Shown: positions 56,207-64,000 of the stretch, piece by piece | How positions within the stretch are numbered: the stretch's first letter is position 1 | Layout of the letters: each line of letters starts with the position of its first letter | Source of the DNA: a phage | DNA: 64,000 nt | Direction: 5' to 3' (one strand) | Sequence record: PZ386959.1 | Made by a program: the position numbers and the translations under genes | The notes under the pieces: model-generated | Database searches by the model: none | Told to the model about the DNA's origin: nothing | What the model saw: the letters and a program-made list of their open reading frames with translations, nothing else

Positions 56207-58573
56207 ATGCGCATGGTAAACGACCACGCAGAAGTGATTAAGAGTTCAACTTCTTTAGAGACGTCTCAAGCACAGATTACAATGACACCTGAAATGTTCA
56301 GCCTTTTGAGTTCCGGTGTATACACATTTAAAGAAAGGGCAGTGATTCGTGAACTGTCATGTAACGCAGTAGATGCTCAAAAAGAAGCTGGAAAAGAGAA
56401 CATCCCGTTCCATGTGCATTTACCTACTCGATTTGAGCCTTACTTTGAAGTCCGTGACTTTGGAACTGGTTTAACCCATGACAAAGTAATGAGTTTGTAT
56501 CTGAACTATGGGGCTTCTACGAAGAATGACTCTAATGACTACATTGGTGCAATGGGTATCGGCTCAAAGTCACCGTTTGCGATTGCTCAGTCATTCACAG
56601 TGTCTAGCTATGTTGATGGTGTTGTTAATAAGTACTCTGTTTACCTTGAGAATGGTATTCCTCAAGTAACTAAGCTTACTACTAACCAAACAAATGAACC
56701 TAATGGTTTAGCTGTACGTGTGGCAGTTGCTGACCACCGTATTTCAAAGTTCTTTGAAGAGGCTGGTAATGTATACTCATACTTTGCTGTAAAACCAGAG
56801 AGTAATGTGGAGTATAATGATATATTAGCAGATATGGATGTGATTGCTCGTGAAGAAGGTGTCTATGATGCCATGACTCATAAGCATAGCTGGCGTTCAA
56901 GCAGCAATAGAACAGAGTTTAACGTGGTTATGGGTAATATTGCCTACCCAGTTAATATGGAGGCATTACTTGGTGATGATTTCTTCAAAGTATTACCAGA
57001 ATTTTTCCGCAGGAGCATAGACCTTGTAAACATCTACATGCCTATTGGTTCAGTTGCTATTGCAGCTTCTCGTGAAGCATTGCAGATGAATGACACGACA
57101 AAAAATGTTATCATCGAGGCTACTAAAAAGATAACTGAAGCAATTACAAAGGATGTTATCAAGAAAGTTAATAGTCAACCTACACTCATGGATGCTGCAC
57201 AGGCTTATGCTGAGTTACGCTTGAACTCACGAGAGATGTTTAATGCTGTGTGTCCAAAGCTAGAGTGGGGAGGCGTTAAGCTTGATTCTCTGGAAGAAGA
57301 ATTACTAAACATTCGTCGTGGGATTATCTACGCAGAAGACGGCTCAGTCATTTATGAACGTGACGGCAAAGGCAATATTAAGGTTGACAGCAAAGGAAAC
57401 AATATCCCTAAAGTTGACTACCTATACAATCCAGTTGCTTATGTCAAGTTCAACTCTTTAGAGAGTAAGATTCGTGCAACAGCACTTTCCTACACTCAAG
57501 AGGCAAGTATGTTCAATATCTTTGGTGCAATGCGTAAAAGTCAAATTGAACAGTTTTTGTTTGTTATTAATGACCGTCGCAATAAAAACGGTACTGAGAA
57601 GACTGTAGGCCGCAATCAGATTCTGCGTGGTGCATGTCGAGACTACGCCAGTGAGTCCAGTCTGTTTCACAGATATAATGGCATTGTGTTTGTATTCTCG
57701 ACTGAAAAAGAGTTAGATGATTTAATCAATCTACACAAACTTGATAAAAGCTTGTTAAAGATTGTGAAAATGTCTGATAAGGAGCACCATTACCAGCGTA
57801 AAGAAGCTGTAAGGGGTGTTGTAAAACTCTGGAAAGCTGTTCCAGCAGAAGGTGTAGCTTCCTATAAAGAGGTTTCAGAGGACTTTGATACAATTGAAGA
57901 GCCTCAGCTTTACATTAAGGCAGTTGGCGACACAGTTGATGGCGAATGTTTTTGCTCATCTCCAGAAGATGTAGCCAAGTCAGTTGCTAATGTTACAGGG
58001 AAGACAGTCTATGTTTTCCGAAAAGCAAATTGGAAAAAGATACCAGAAGACTGGATTGAAGTAGATGAGAAACTCTTGAACGACAGCTTAACTGATGTTC
58101 ATTGGATTAATCATAACAGATATATGACACGCATCTACATGAATGGTGTTCTTGACCTGACAAGCAGTTGGATTATTGCCAGAAACTTTACGTTCAATAA
58201 CAGGAAGATTTCTCGTGGCTATTGCTATTCACGGGATACAAACAAAACTATCTTCCTAGAAGGAAATGAAGATGCTGTAGAGGCAATGTTTGGTAAAATC
58301 CAATACGTTGCTGCACCATTTGCATACACTTATACTATTAGTGTATTGAAAACTTTGAAAGACTGTCTTGACAATGATACAAAGCTTTACAAGAAAATTA
58401 AGAAAGCTGGTGACCGTATGGTCATTAAGGTGACAAACTACCTTTCAAAAAGAAAACAAGAAAACTTCTTGCTTTCTCATTTGGATTGGAATAAAGTGTC
58501 ACCCATCGAAGTGAGTAAGTTCTTAGGCTTTGATGTAAAATGTGTTCCAGAAGGGACTACAATTTACGATTAA
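56207..58573 (+). CDS. rIIA: rIIA-like protein (GHKL/Bergerat ATPase fold N-terminus)
   Basis: RAVIRELSCNAVDA, VRDFGTGLT and SNDYIGAMGIGSKSPF match the T4 rIIA N-terminal blocks as I recall them (RAVVRELITNMIDA, CRDFGPG, SNDFIGGFGLGSKSPF). Confidence 0.8.
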   Translation: MRMVNDHAEVIKSSTSLETSQAQITMTPEMFSLLSSGVYTFKERAVIRELSCNAVDAQKEAGKENIPFHVHLPTRFEPYFEVRDFGTGLTHDKVMSLYLNYGASTKNDSNDYIGAMGIGSKSPFAIAQSFTVSSYVDGVVNKYSVYLENGIPQVTKLTTNQTNEPNGLAVRVAVADHRISKFFEEAGNVYSYFAVKPESNVEYNDILADMDVIAREEGVYDAMTHKHSWRSSSNRTEFNVVMGNIAYPVNMEALLGDDFFKVLPEFFRRSIDLVNIYMPIGSVAIAASREALQMNDTTKNVIIEATKKITEAITKDVIKKVNSQPTLMDAAQAYAELRLNSREMFNAVCPKLEWGGVKLDSLEEELLNIRRGIIYAEDGSVIYERDGKGNIKVDSKGNNIPKVDYLYNPVAYVKFNSLESKIRATALSYTQEASMFNIFGAMRKSQIEQFLFVINDRRNKNGTEKTVGRNQILRGACRDYASESSLFHRYNGIVFVFSTEKELDDLINLHKLDKSLLKIVKMSDKEHHYQRKEAVRGVVKLWKAVPAEGVASYKEVSEDFDTIEEPQLYIKAVGDTVDGECFCSSPEDVAKSVANVTGKTVYVFRKANWKKIPEDWIEVDEKLLNDSLTDVHWINHNRYMTRIYMNGVLDLTSSWIIARNFTFNNRKISRGYCYSRDTNKTIFLEGNEDAVEAMFGKIQYVAAPFAYTYTISVLKTLKDCLDNDTKLYKKIKKAGDRMVIKVTNYLSKRKQENFLLSHLDWNKVSPIEVSKFLGFDVKCVPEGTTIYD

Positions 58574-58578
58574 AGTGT

Positions 58579-58608
58579 TTGACAAGGGGCTTCAAAGCCC
58601 CTTAAAAT
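58579..58608 (+). promoter_or_regulatory. promoter-like site upstream of rIIB with a GC hairpin in the spacer
   Basis: -35 TTGACA (58579-58584), about 18-nt spacer containing hairpin GGGGCTTCAAAGCCCC, -10 TAAAAT (58603-58608). Confidence 0.3.
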
Positions 58609-58652
58609 GGCATCACAAAATGATTTATTAACTAACAAGAGAGAGTAATAAG

Positions 58653-59762
58653 ATGACTACTAAAACTAAAGCACAGATTGACGCAGAAATTTACAAACTG
58701 GTTAAAGAGGGCAAGCTGACTAAAACCGCTATTGCACAGAAATTTAACACCTCAACCCGTTCAGTCGGTCGTGCTGTAGAGCGTCATGAAGCAACCTTAA
58801 AAGGGAATAAGAAGGTGACTTCTACACCAGCTACGAAGACTTTGAAGCAAGTTGCTAAGACCTTTAAAAAGAAAGCTGACAAACCAGTTGAAAAGGTTGT
58901 TAAAGATGCTGTACAGAAAGCTCCAGTAAATAAACTGCATGAAGCTATGCAGAAAGATGACAAGATTGAGTACATGATTACTGGTGACTCTGTAATTATG
59001 ACTTACGGTTCAGAGTCTGAAATTGTTGAATCTACTCATCCGAACTATCAAGAGATTGTAGTTCATGTTGTGAAAGGTGAGTTTAAGAAAGCCTTTGAAC
59101 TGATGAACATTCGTAAGTCTATCGAAAACTTCACTCAGGGTGCTATCACAATCAAAGGCGACAAACTATTCTACGGTGCTGTTGAGATGCGTTCTACTCT
59201 GGTTGACCGTATTCTTCACATGATGAAGACTGGAGATAAAGGTTTCGAACGCCTTGTGATGTTCTTCGAAAAACTGATGGAAAACCCATCTAAAGATTCC
59301 GTAGAACAACTTTGGGGCTTCGTATCTCACCTTGATGTTGAAATTGATGAAGAAGGCTACATCATTGGTTGGAAGAAAGTATCTACTCGTGAAGGCAAGC
59401 TGGTTGACTCCCACACCTACAGAGTACCTAATGATTTGGGTAACATTGTAGAAATGCCACGTTGGATGGTTGATAATAACCGTAACGTGACTTGCTCTCA
59501 AGGTCTTCATGTTGGTGCTTGGGATTATGTTCGTTGTTTCTCAGGTGATACAATTCTGAAGGTTCGTGTCCATCCACGAGACGTTGTATCCGTACCAACT
59601 GATTACAACGATATGAAGATGCGCTCGTCTCGTTATGAAGTTGCAGCAATCGTTGATAATCAACGTAAAGTGCTGAAAGCATGGGATGGCAAGACTGAAG
59701 CTTTACATGTCATCGTTGGTACTGCTGGAGAACTTATCTCCCAACGTAAACGTGAAATCTAA
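58653..59762 (+). CDS. rIIB: rIIB-like protein
   Basis: C-terminal VHPRDVVSVPTDYNDMKMR and CSQGLHV match recalled T4 rIIB blocks; immediately downstream of rIIA as in T4. Confidence 0.65.
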   Translation: MTTKTKAQIDAEIYKLVKEGKLTKTAIAQKFNTSTRSVGRAVERHEATLKGNKKVTSTPATKTLKQVAKTFKKKADKPVEKVVKDAVQKAPVNKLHEAMQKDDKIEYMITGDSVIMTYGSESEIVESTHPNYQEIVVHVVKGEFKKAFELMNIRKSIENFTQGAITIKGDKLFYGAVEMRSTLVDRILHMMKTGDKGFERLVMFFEKLMENPSKDSVEQLWGFVSHLDVEIDEEGYIIGWKKVSTREGKLVDSHTYRVPNDLGNIVEMPRWMVDNNRNVTCSQGLHVGAWDYVRCFSGDTILKVRVHPRDVVSVPTDYNDMKMRSSRYEVAAIVDNQRKVLKAWDGKTEALHVIVGTAGELISQRKREI

Positions 59763-59778
59763 TAAGTAATTTCTTAAA

Positions 59779-59808
59779 AGGCTGCTTCGGCGGCCTTTTT
59801 TATTTGTA
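59779..59808 (+). terminator. rho-independent terminator after rIIB
   Basis: Stem GGCTGC / GCGGCC with loop TTCG, followed by TTTTTTATTT. Confidence 0.6.
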
Positions 59809-59862
59809 TTTTGTGCAGAGTGCTGTATAATTGTTGTCACGATAAACTAAACAGGAGAACCA

Positions 59863-60411
59863 ATGAAGAAATTGATTCTAGGTTTGTGCTTAATGTTTAC
59901 AGCACACTTATCTTATGCAGTTGACTGCCCAGAGCTATCAATTAGCCAAAAAGTAAACATGTTAAAAGCTTACCAGTATGGTGAGAATAACATGGGTAAA
60001 GGTTGGGGTATCACTCTAGCTGCTATAGCCTTACAAGAGTCAGAGTTAGGTCTGAAGGTAGAGAATAAAAAGACACATGATTATGGTATTTTCCAGAATC
60101 ACTTGAAGACTGTTGTAAAGCGTAACAAAATTAGTCCTAATGTGGCTAAAAAGAAACTCTTAAGAGACTTTGACTATGCTGCAAAGGAAACGCACAAAGA
60201 ACTTGAATTTTGGACAAAGGTGCATGGTCAGCCAAAGTCAAAGAAAACTTTACAAAAAGTTTTAGCATCATATAATGCTGGGTATTCGTACAGAATCCCT
60301 AAAGCTAAAAAATATTCTCAAGATGTCTATAACAACATGAAAGTTATCGCTCAATGTGAATTTGCAACAAACATTTCTAAGGTAAATCATGAAAAAATTA
60401 AGAAAGTTTGA
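59863..60411 (+). CDS. secreted lytic transglycosylase (SLT domain); candidate endolysin or periplasmic murein hydrolase
   Basis: Signal peptide MKKLILGLCLMFTAHLSYA; SLT-like motifs AIALQESELG, DYGIFQ and AYNAG-like LASYNAGYSY. Confidence 0.55.
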   Translation: MKKLILGLCLMFTAHLSYAVDCPELSISQKVNMLKAYQYGENNMGKGWGITLAAIALQESELGLKVENKKTHDYGIFQNHLKTVVKRNKISPNVAKKKLLRDFDYAAKETHKELEFWTKVHGQPKSKKTLQKVLASYNAGYSYRIPKAKKYSQDVYNNMKVIAQCEFATNISKVNHEKIKKV

Positions 60412-61084
60412 TGAAGTACTGTGTCATGCTTATGACTTACATCCTCATGAGTTAGGTCTTGATTCCTGTGTATGGACTCCAGAACAGTGTAGGGATTTTG
60501 AAGACACTGCAAGAGAAGTTGTATGTTCACTTGAAGAGTTTCACACATCAGAGCCAATTGTGAATGTTGTAGATAAAGAGACTGGACAAACTATAGGGGT
60601 AAGTCGTGATAGTTTAGTCATAGTCAATAAAGACCTTGTAGAAAAAGGTAACCTCATCTTAGCAGATATTGATGGTGTTCTTACAAATTTTAATCACGAA
60701 GATTGCTCAACGGAATTGACTGATGGGTCATTCTCACAGTACACTAATCTTCTTGACTCTGTAAGAGCAAAACCAACGTATGTTTTTAGTATTATTGATG
60801 CAATTGCTAATCATGCTGCCATTGGACTCTTGACAGCGAGAGGTGAATCTCAGAGAATACCTACTGAGATGTTTTTAAGGCATAACATAGAGCATGATTA
60901 CTTGCTTTTTATGCGTGGTTTTGGAACTAACTCTATAAGTGCAGAAAGTTTGAAAGTGAGGATGATTCAGTCTTGCATTCTTCCTTACTTTAATATAGTA
61001 TGCTTTATAGAAGATACAGAGAAGAATGTTCAGAAGGTAAACAGAATCCTTCCACACATTAAAACTATGTTAGTTAAACATTGA
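60389..61084 (+). CDS. HAD-superfamily hydrolase-like protein
   Basis: Motif LILADIDGVLTNF resembles HAD motif I (DxDGT/V); otherwise unassigned. Confidence 0.35.
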   Translation: MKKLRKFDEVLCHAYDLHPHELGLDSCVWTPEQCRDFEDTAREVVCSLEEFHTSEPIVNVVDKETGQTIGVSRDSLVIVNKDLVEKGNLILADIDGVLTNFNHEDCSTELTDGSFSQYTNLLDSVRAKPTYVFSIIDAIANHAAIGLLTARGESQRIPTEMFLRHNIEHDYLLFMRGFGTNSISAESLKVRMIQSCILPYFNIVCFIEDTEKNVQKVNRILPHIKTMLVKH

Positions 61085-61560
61085 GAGAAGAACTTATGAA
61101 CAATATCATTACGGTAGCACTGGACGATACGGCAAACAAATCTGAAGTAGTTCGTAAAATGATTCAAGGTAACTTTGAAGGTAAAATTTTCCGTGCTGTT
61201 AATGTAAAAGCTGATGGTAGCATTCGCGAATATCGTGCATTGTTGAACGTTAAGAAGCACGTAAAAGGTGTTGGTTCAACGACTGCACACAAAGAAAACC
61301 TGATGACTATCTATGATATGGGTAAGGCTTCAGAGTTAGGTGCTGAAGGTATCGTTAAAGAAGGCGCTCCGTATCGCTCTTTCAATCTGGAAACTACTCT
61401 TATGCTTTCCTTTACAAGTGGTTCCAAAACAATCACTTATCTCTTTACTGATGCTGCAACGGTATCTGCTATTAAGGATAGTACTGTCAAAGCTGGCGTA
61501 GTTGCTGCTGCAAAAGCTTCTTCGATGGCTGCGAATATCCTTGCTAAAGTCCTCGGTTAA
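61081..61560 (+). CDS. hypothetical protein (highly expressed by codon usage)
   Basis: 159-aa ORF with strongly biased codons (cgt, ggt, ctg, gaa) similar to the capsid gene; strong terminator downstream. Confidence 0.4.
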   Translation: MREELMNNIITVALDDTANKSEVVRKMIQGNFEGKIFRAVNVKADGSIREYRALLNVKKHVKGVGSTTAHKENLMTIYDMGKASELGAEGIVKEGAPYRSFNLETTLMLSFTSGSKTITYLFTDAATVSAIKDSTVKAGVVAAAKASSMAANILAKVLG

Positions 61561-61571
61561 GGTTAAGATAC

Positions 61572-61600
61572 AGGCTCCTTCGGGAGCCTTTTTCATTTTA
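61572..61600 (+). terminator. rho-independent terminator
   Basis: Stem AGGCTCC / GGAGCCT with loop TTCG, followed by TTTTTCATTTT. Confidence 0.65.
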
Positions 61601-61612
61601 GGAGATTGTTAA

Positions 61613-61960
61613 ATGACATTTAAAGAGTTCTGTCAAGCTACTTTCATAATTGTTTTCTTAGTTGGGGCGGGTGTCTGGGGAGGGTACTCTTACAGAGACT
61701 ACCAAGTTGCTGAAACTGAGCTAAACAATCAAAAGCTCATAAGTGTTGCTAAAGATGCTTATCAGGAAGGATTAGTTACACTGAGCACCAATTACAAAAA
61801 TGATTTGAAAGATGTGCTTGCTAAGAATAAGCACACAAAAGAGGTACTAACATATGAAAAAACTAAGCCAGAGTTTTATAATGTTTGTGTTACTGATAAT
61901 TATGTCAGGGTGTTCAACGAACAAAGTGAACAGTACATTCAAAAACTCCCAAGTAAGTGA
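61613..61960 (+). CDS. i-spanin (Rz-like inner-membrane spanin)
   Basis: N-terminal TM helix (ATFIIVFLVGAGVWGG) then a charged helical periplasmic domain; an embedded out-of-frame lipoprotein gene starts within it. Confidence 0.5.
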   Translation: MTFKEFCQATFIIVFLVGAGVWGGYSYRDYQVAETELNNQKLISVAKDAYQEGLVTLSTNYKNDLKDVLAKNKHTKEVLTYEKTKPEFYNVCVTDNYVRVFNEQSEQYIQKLPSK

Positions 61961-62123
61961 GAGTGATAAGTACACTCAAGAAGAGTCAAGATTCACTGTC
62001 AAAGGTAATACTGGTAGTGATGTGGCAGCAGCCCTTGAGTTTTATCGTGATGGTTTTTACCAGTGCACAATTAAAGCTAATAACCTTATTGACATGATTT
62101 TATTAGGGAATAAGCAGCAATGA
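61854..62123 (+). CDS. o-spanin (Rz1-like outer-membrane lipoprotein)
   Basis: Signal peptide with lipobox LIIMSGC (MKKLSQSFIMFVLLIIMSGC); begins inside the i-spanin gene in another frame and extends past its stop. Confidence 0.5.
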   Translation: MKKLSQSFIMFVLLIIMSGCSTNKVNSTFKNSQVSESDKYTQEESRFTVKGNTGSDVAAALEFYRDGFYQCTIKANNLIDMILLGNKQQ

Positions 62124-62389
62124 CAGAGAATCAAGACACTTTCTATGTAGAAGGTTACTTACTGTTGCCACGACCAAAAGAAACTTATATGCGAATTGAT
62201 TTCTTACCAACCATTATGGATAATGTGATGTGCCATATCTTTATGCAAGGTGTCACAGCACAGCTTAAACATGTTGGTAAAGAGTGCAAAATAAAGGTTG
62301 ACACTCATCCAGAAATCAAAGAGAATCACTACACATGGTTCTTACCAGATTCTAAAGAAATCTTAGCAGTTCTTAAAACGAGGAAGTAA
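62120..62389 (+). CDS. hypothetical protein
   Basis: 89-aa ORF. Confidence 0.3.
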   Translation: MTENQDTFYVEGYLLLPRPKETYMRIDFLPTIMDNVMCHIFMQGVTAQLKHVGKECKIKVDTHPEIKENHYTWFLPDSKEILAVLKTRK

Positions 62390-62391
62390 CT

Positions 62392-62718
62392 ATGCAGATT
62401 AATGGAAGAGACTTTGTAGCCGTTTACTACGAGAAAGATAAAGAAGTTGGCGTAGCACAAGTGTCTTATGGCAATGGTAAGTGGCTATATGGAACAATCG
62501 CAGTAGTTGGAACAAGAAGTGATACAAAAACTTTTAAAGATTGTGTTGACCTTCTTGAAGAATCCATTCAGAATCATTGGTGTCTGATATGGATGACTGA
62601 CAATGAAGTGATAGAACGCTTCAAAAAGATTGATATCAACATTGATAGTATTGAGCATGTTGATTTATATGAGCTAACTGAGAAGGTAAACTATGAGAGT
62701 AATTCTAGCCAGAGATAA
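62392..62718 (+). CDS. hypothetical protein
   Basis: 108-aa ORF. Confidence 0.3.
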   Translation: MQINGRDFVAVYYEKDKEVGVAQVSYGNGKWLYGTIAVVGTRSDTKTFKDCVDLLEESIQNHWCLIWMTDNEVIERFKKIDINIDSIEHVDLYELTEKVNYESNSSQR

Positions 62719-62920
62719 AAAGACACGGAAACTCATCCGGTCAGCAGTATTCATTGGAAGAAATGAAGTCATCCCGTTTACAGCAAACGATGTGATAGCC
62801 TACAGGAAAAACTTAGTATTTAGTGATTGCTTGCGTGGCTTCATCTCCCAACCGTTGGAAGACTTTAAAAGCCGTTGTGGTAAAGGTATCATCATTCAAG
62901 AGGCAATTATCAATGGCTGA
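62693..62920 (+). CDS. hypothetical protein
   Basis: 75-aa ORF. Confidence 0.3.
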   Translation: MRVILARDKKTRKLIRSAVFIGRNEVIPFTANDVIAYRKNLVFSDCLRGFISQPLEDFKSRCGKGIIIQEAIING

Positions 62921-63113
62921 CTTCTGCAAAGACTGTTCTATAGAAATGTTTGGACGTGATACAGGTGACTTAAAAGGTCTTATCACTGAAGATGACTTTA
63001 AAGCTGGCTATGCAATGCCAGTAATCTGTGAAGGTTGTGGATGTATCTGGGTAGACCACGAAGGACAGCGTGTAAAACCTTCAGAAGATAAAGAGTCTTG
63101 GGAGAGATGTTAA
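62913..63113 (+). CDS. small zinc-binding protein
   Basis: Start set at MADFCKDCS; two Cys clusters (CKDC ... CEGCGC). Confidence 0.35.
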   Translation: MADFCKDCSIEMFGRDTGDLKGLITEDDFKAGYAMPVICEGCGCIWVDHEGQRVKPSEDKESWERC

Positions 63114-63899
63114 ATGGGTATTGTAAAAATCATCAATGGTGATATCTTTGCAGCATTTGATAAAGGTAAGTTTGATGTCATCGGTCACGGTTGCAACTGT
63201 ATGAATTTAATGGGTGCAGGTATCGCTGACAAGATTTCTAAACTTTACCCAAAAGCATATGAGACCGATACAGAAGTTTATCTATATGCAGGTGGTATAG
63301 GACATAAACCCTGTGAGGATTTACTAGGTAATATCTCTGTAGCACGTTTAGAACAAGGCCGTATAGCTAACCTCTACACTCAGCTTAAAACTGGTAAAGA
63401 TGCCAGATACAGTGCTTTAGAGTCATCTTTGAAGAAACTTAACAGGTACTGTGAAGTCAATCAGTTGAAGAAAGTTGGTTTACCTATGATTGGTGCAGGT
63501 ATCGGTGGACTTGACCCTCAAGCTGTCACCGTTATCATCAATCAGGTGATGAAGAGTGTAGATGTGTATCTATATGTCTATGAAGGAGAGATGTACCACA
63601 AGTTACGCTCAGGTTGGAAGAACTACTGTGAACCAGAATACTTTGCAGGTGTAGTTGTGTTCACGGATAATGCAGTTACCCTCTTCAGACGAAGAAAAGG
63701 TAAGATACATCAAAGTAACCCTCCGGTTGAGAAGATGTCTCTAAGTAACGCTCTAGTTACCCACCTGTCGAAGAGCAATCACAGAATTGCAGTAACATTT
63801 GGCAGTGATGCAGATGCTTATGCCTATGCAAGAACTGATGAGGATATTGAGTTAATCTTCTCTTCACCAGAGCTTACCTTCTTAGACGCAAAGAACTAA
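63114..63899 (+). CDS. macro-domain protein (ADP-ribose binding/processing) with C-terminal extension
   Basis: N-terminal IINGDIFAAFDKGKFDVIGHGCNCMNLMGAGIADKI and later GLPMIGAGIGGLDPQAV resemble the two conserved macro-domain blocks (GDIT...AIVNAAN..GGGV and ...P.I.TG..G). Confidence 0.5.
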   Translation: MGIVKIINGDIFAAFDKGKFDVIGHGCNCMNLMGAGIADKISKLYPKAYETDTEVYLYAGGIGHKPCEDLLGNISVARLEQGRIANLYTQLKTGKDARYSALESSLKKLNRYCEVNQLKKVGLPMIGAGIGGLDPQAVTVIINQVMKSVDVYLYVYEGEMYHKLRSGWKNYCEPEYFAGVVVFTDNAVTLFRRRKGKIHQSNPPVEKMSLSNALVTHLSKSNHRIAVTFGSDADAYAYARTDEDIELIFSSPELTFLDAKN

Positions 63900-64000
63900 G
63901 AAACTTCGTAGTATATTCACAATAGACTAAGCCTTTCTTATCTGGTAAATTTTTCAGGTAAGGAGGGCTTTTTCATTTCAGATTTGTGCAGGTAGAGTTC

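Overview
This 64 kb window reads as a contiguous piece of a lytic, tailed dsDNA phage genome of myovirus type (sheath, tube and baseplate genes); it is AT-rich by eye and densely packed with genes. Gene content (rIIA/rIIB, thyA-frd, nrdAB plus nrdDG, a Prs-like/NadV-like pair, family A polymerase, T7-type primase-helicase, HNH and GIY-YIG genes) suggests a Felix O1-like enterobacterial phage, but that is inference from memory, not a search. Layout: (1) 1-23550, plus strand: terminase, portal, S49 prohead protease, decoration-like and major capsid genes, head-tail joining genes, sheath, tube, frameshifted tail chaperones, tape measure, baseplate genes and two collar-domain tail fibres. (2) 23584-34276, minus strand: thyA, frd, small early genes, ATP-dependent DNA ligase and DNA polymerase. 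(3) 34534-63899, plus strand: dNMP kinase, primase-helicase, SSB-like protein, FEN-type exonuclease, nrdA/nrdB/glutaredoxin, nrdD/nrdG, the NAD+ salvage-type pair, rIIA/rIIB, a signal-peptide lytic transglycosylase, an overlapping spanin pair and a macro-domain protein. I found no integrase, repressor module, tRNA or CRISPR array. The most unusual feature is in the minus-strand block: a two-gene cassette of unknown function (27582-28627) bracketed by two intergenic modules built from strictly 5-nt-phased NNACC pentamer arrays, a 74-nt box duplicated at 73/74 identity, and a duplicated 10-bp-stem hairpin. I could not match these modules to any element class I know. All protein calls rest on motifs I recognised by eye, and all coordinates are hand-counted.
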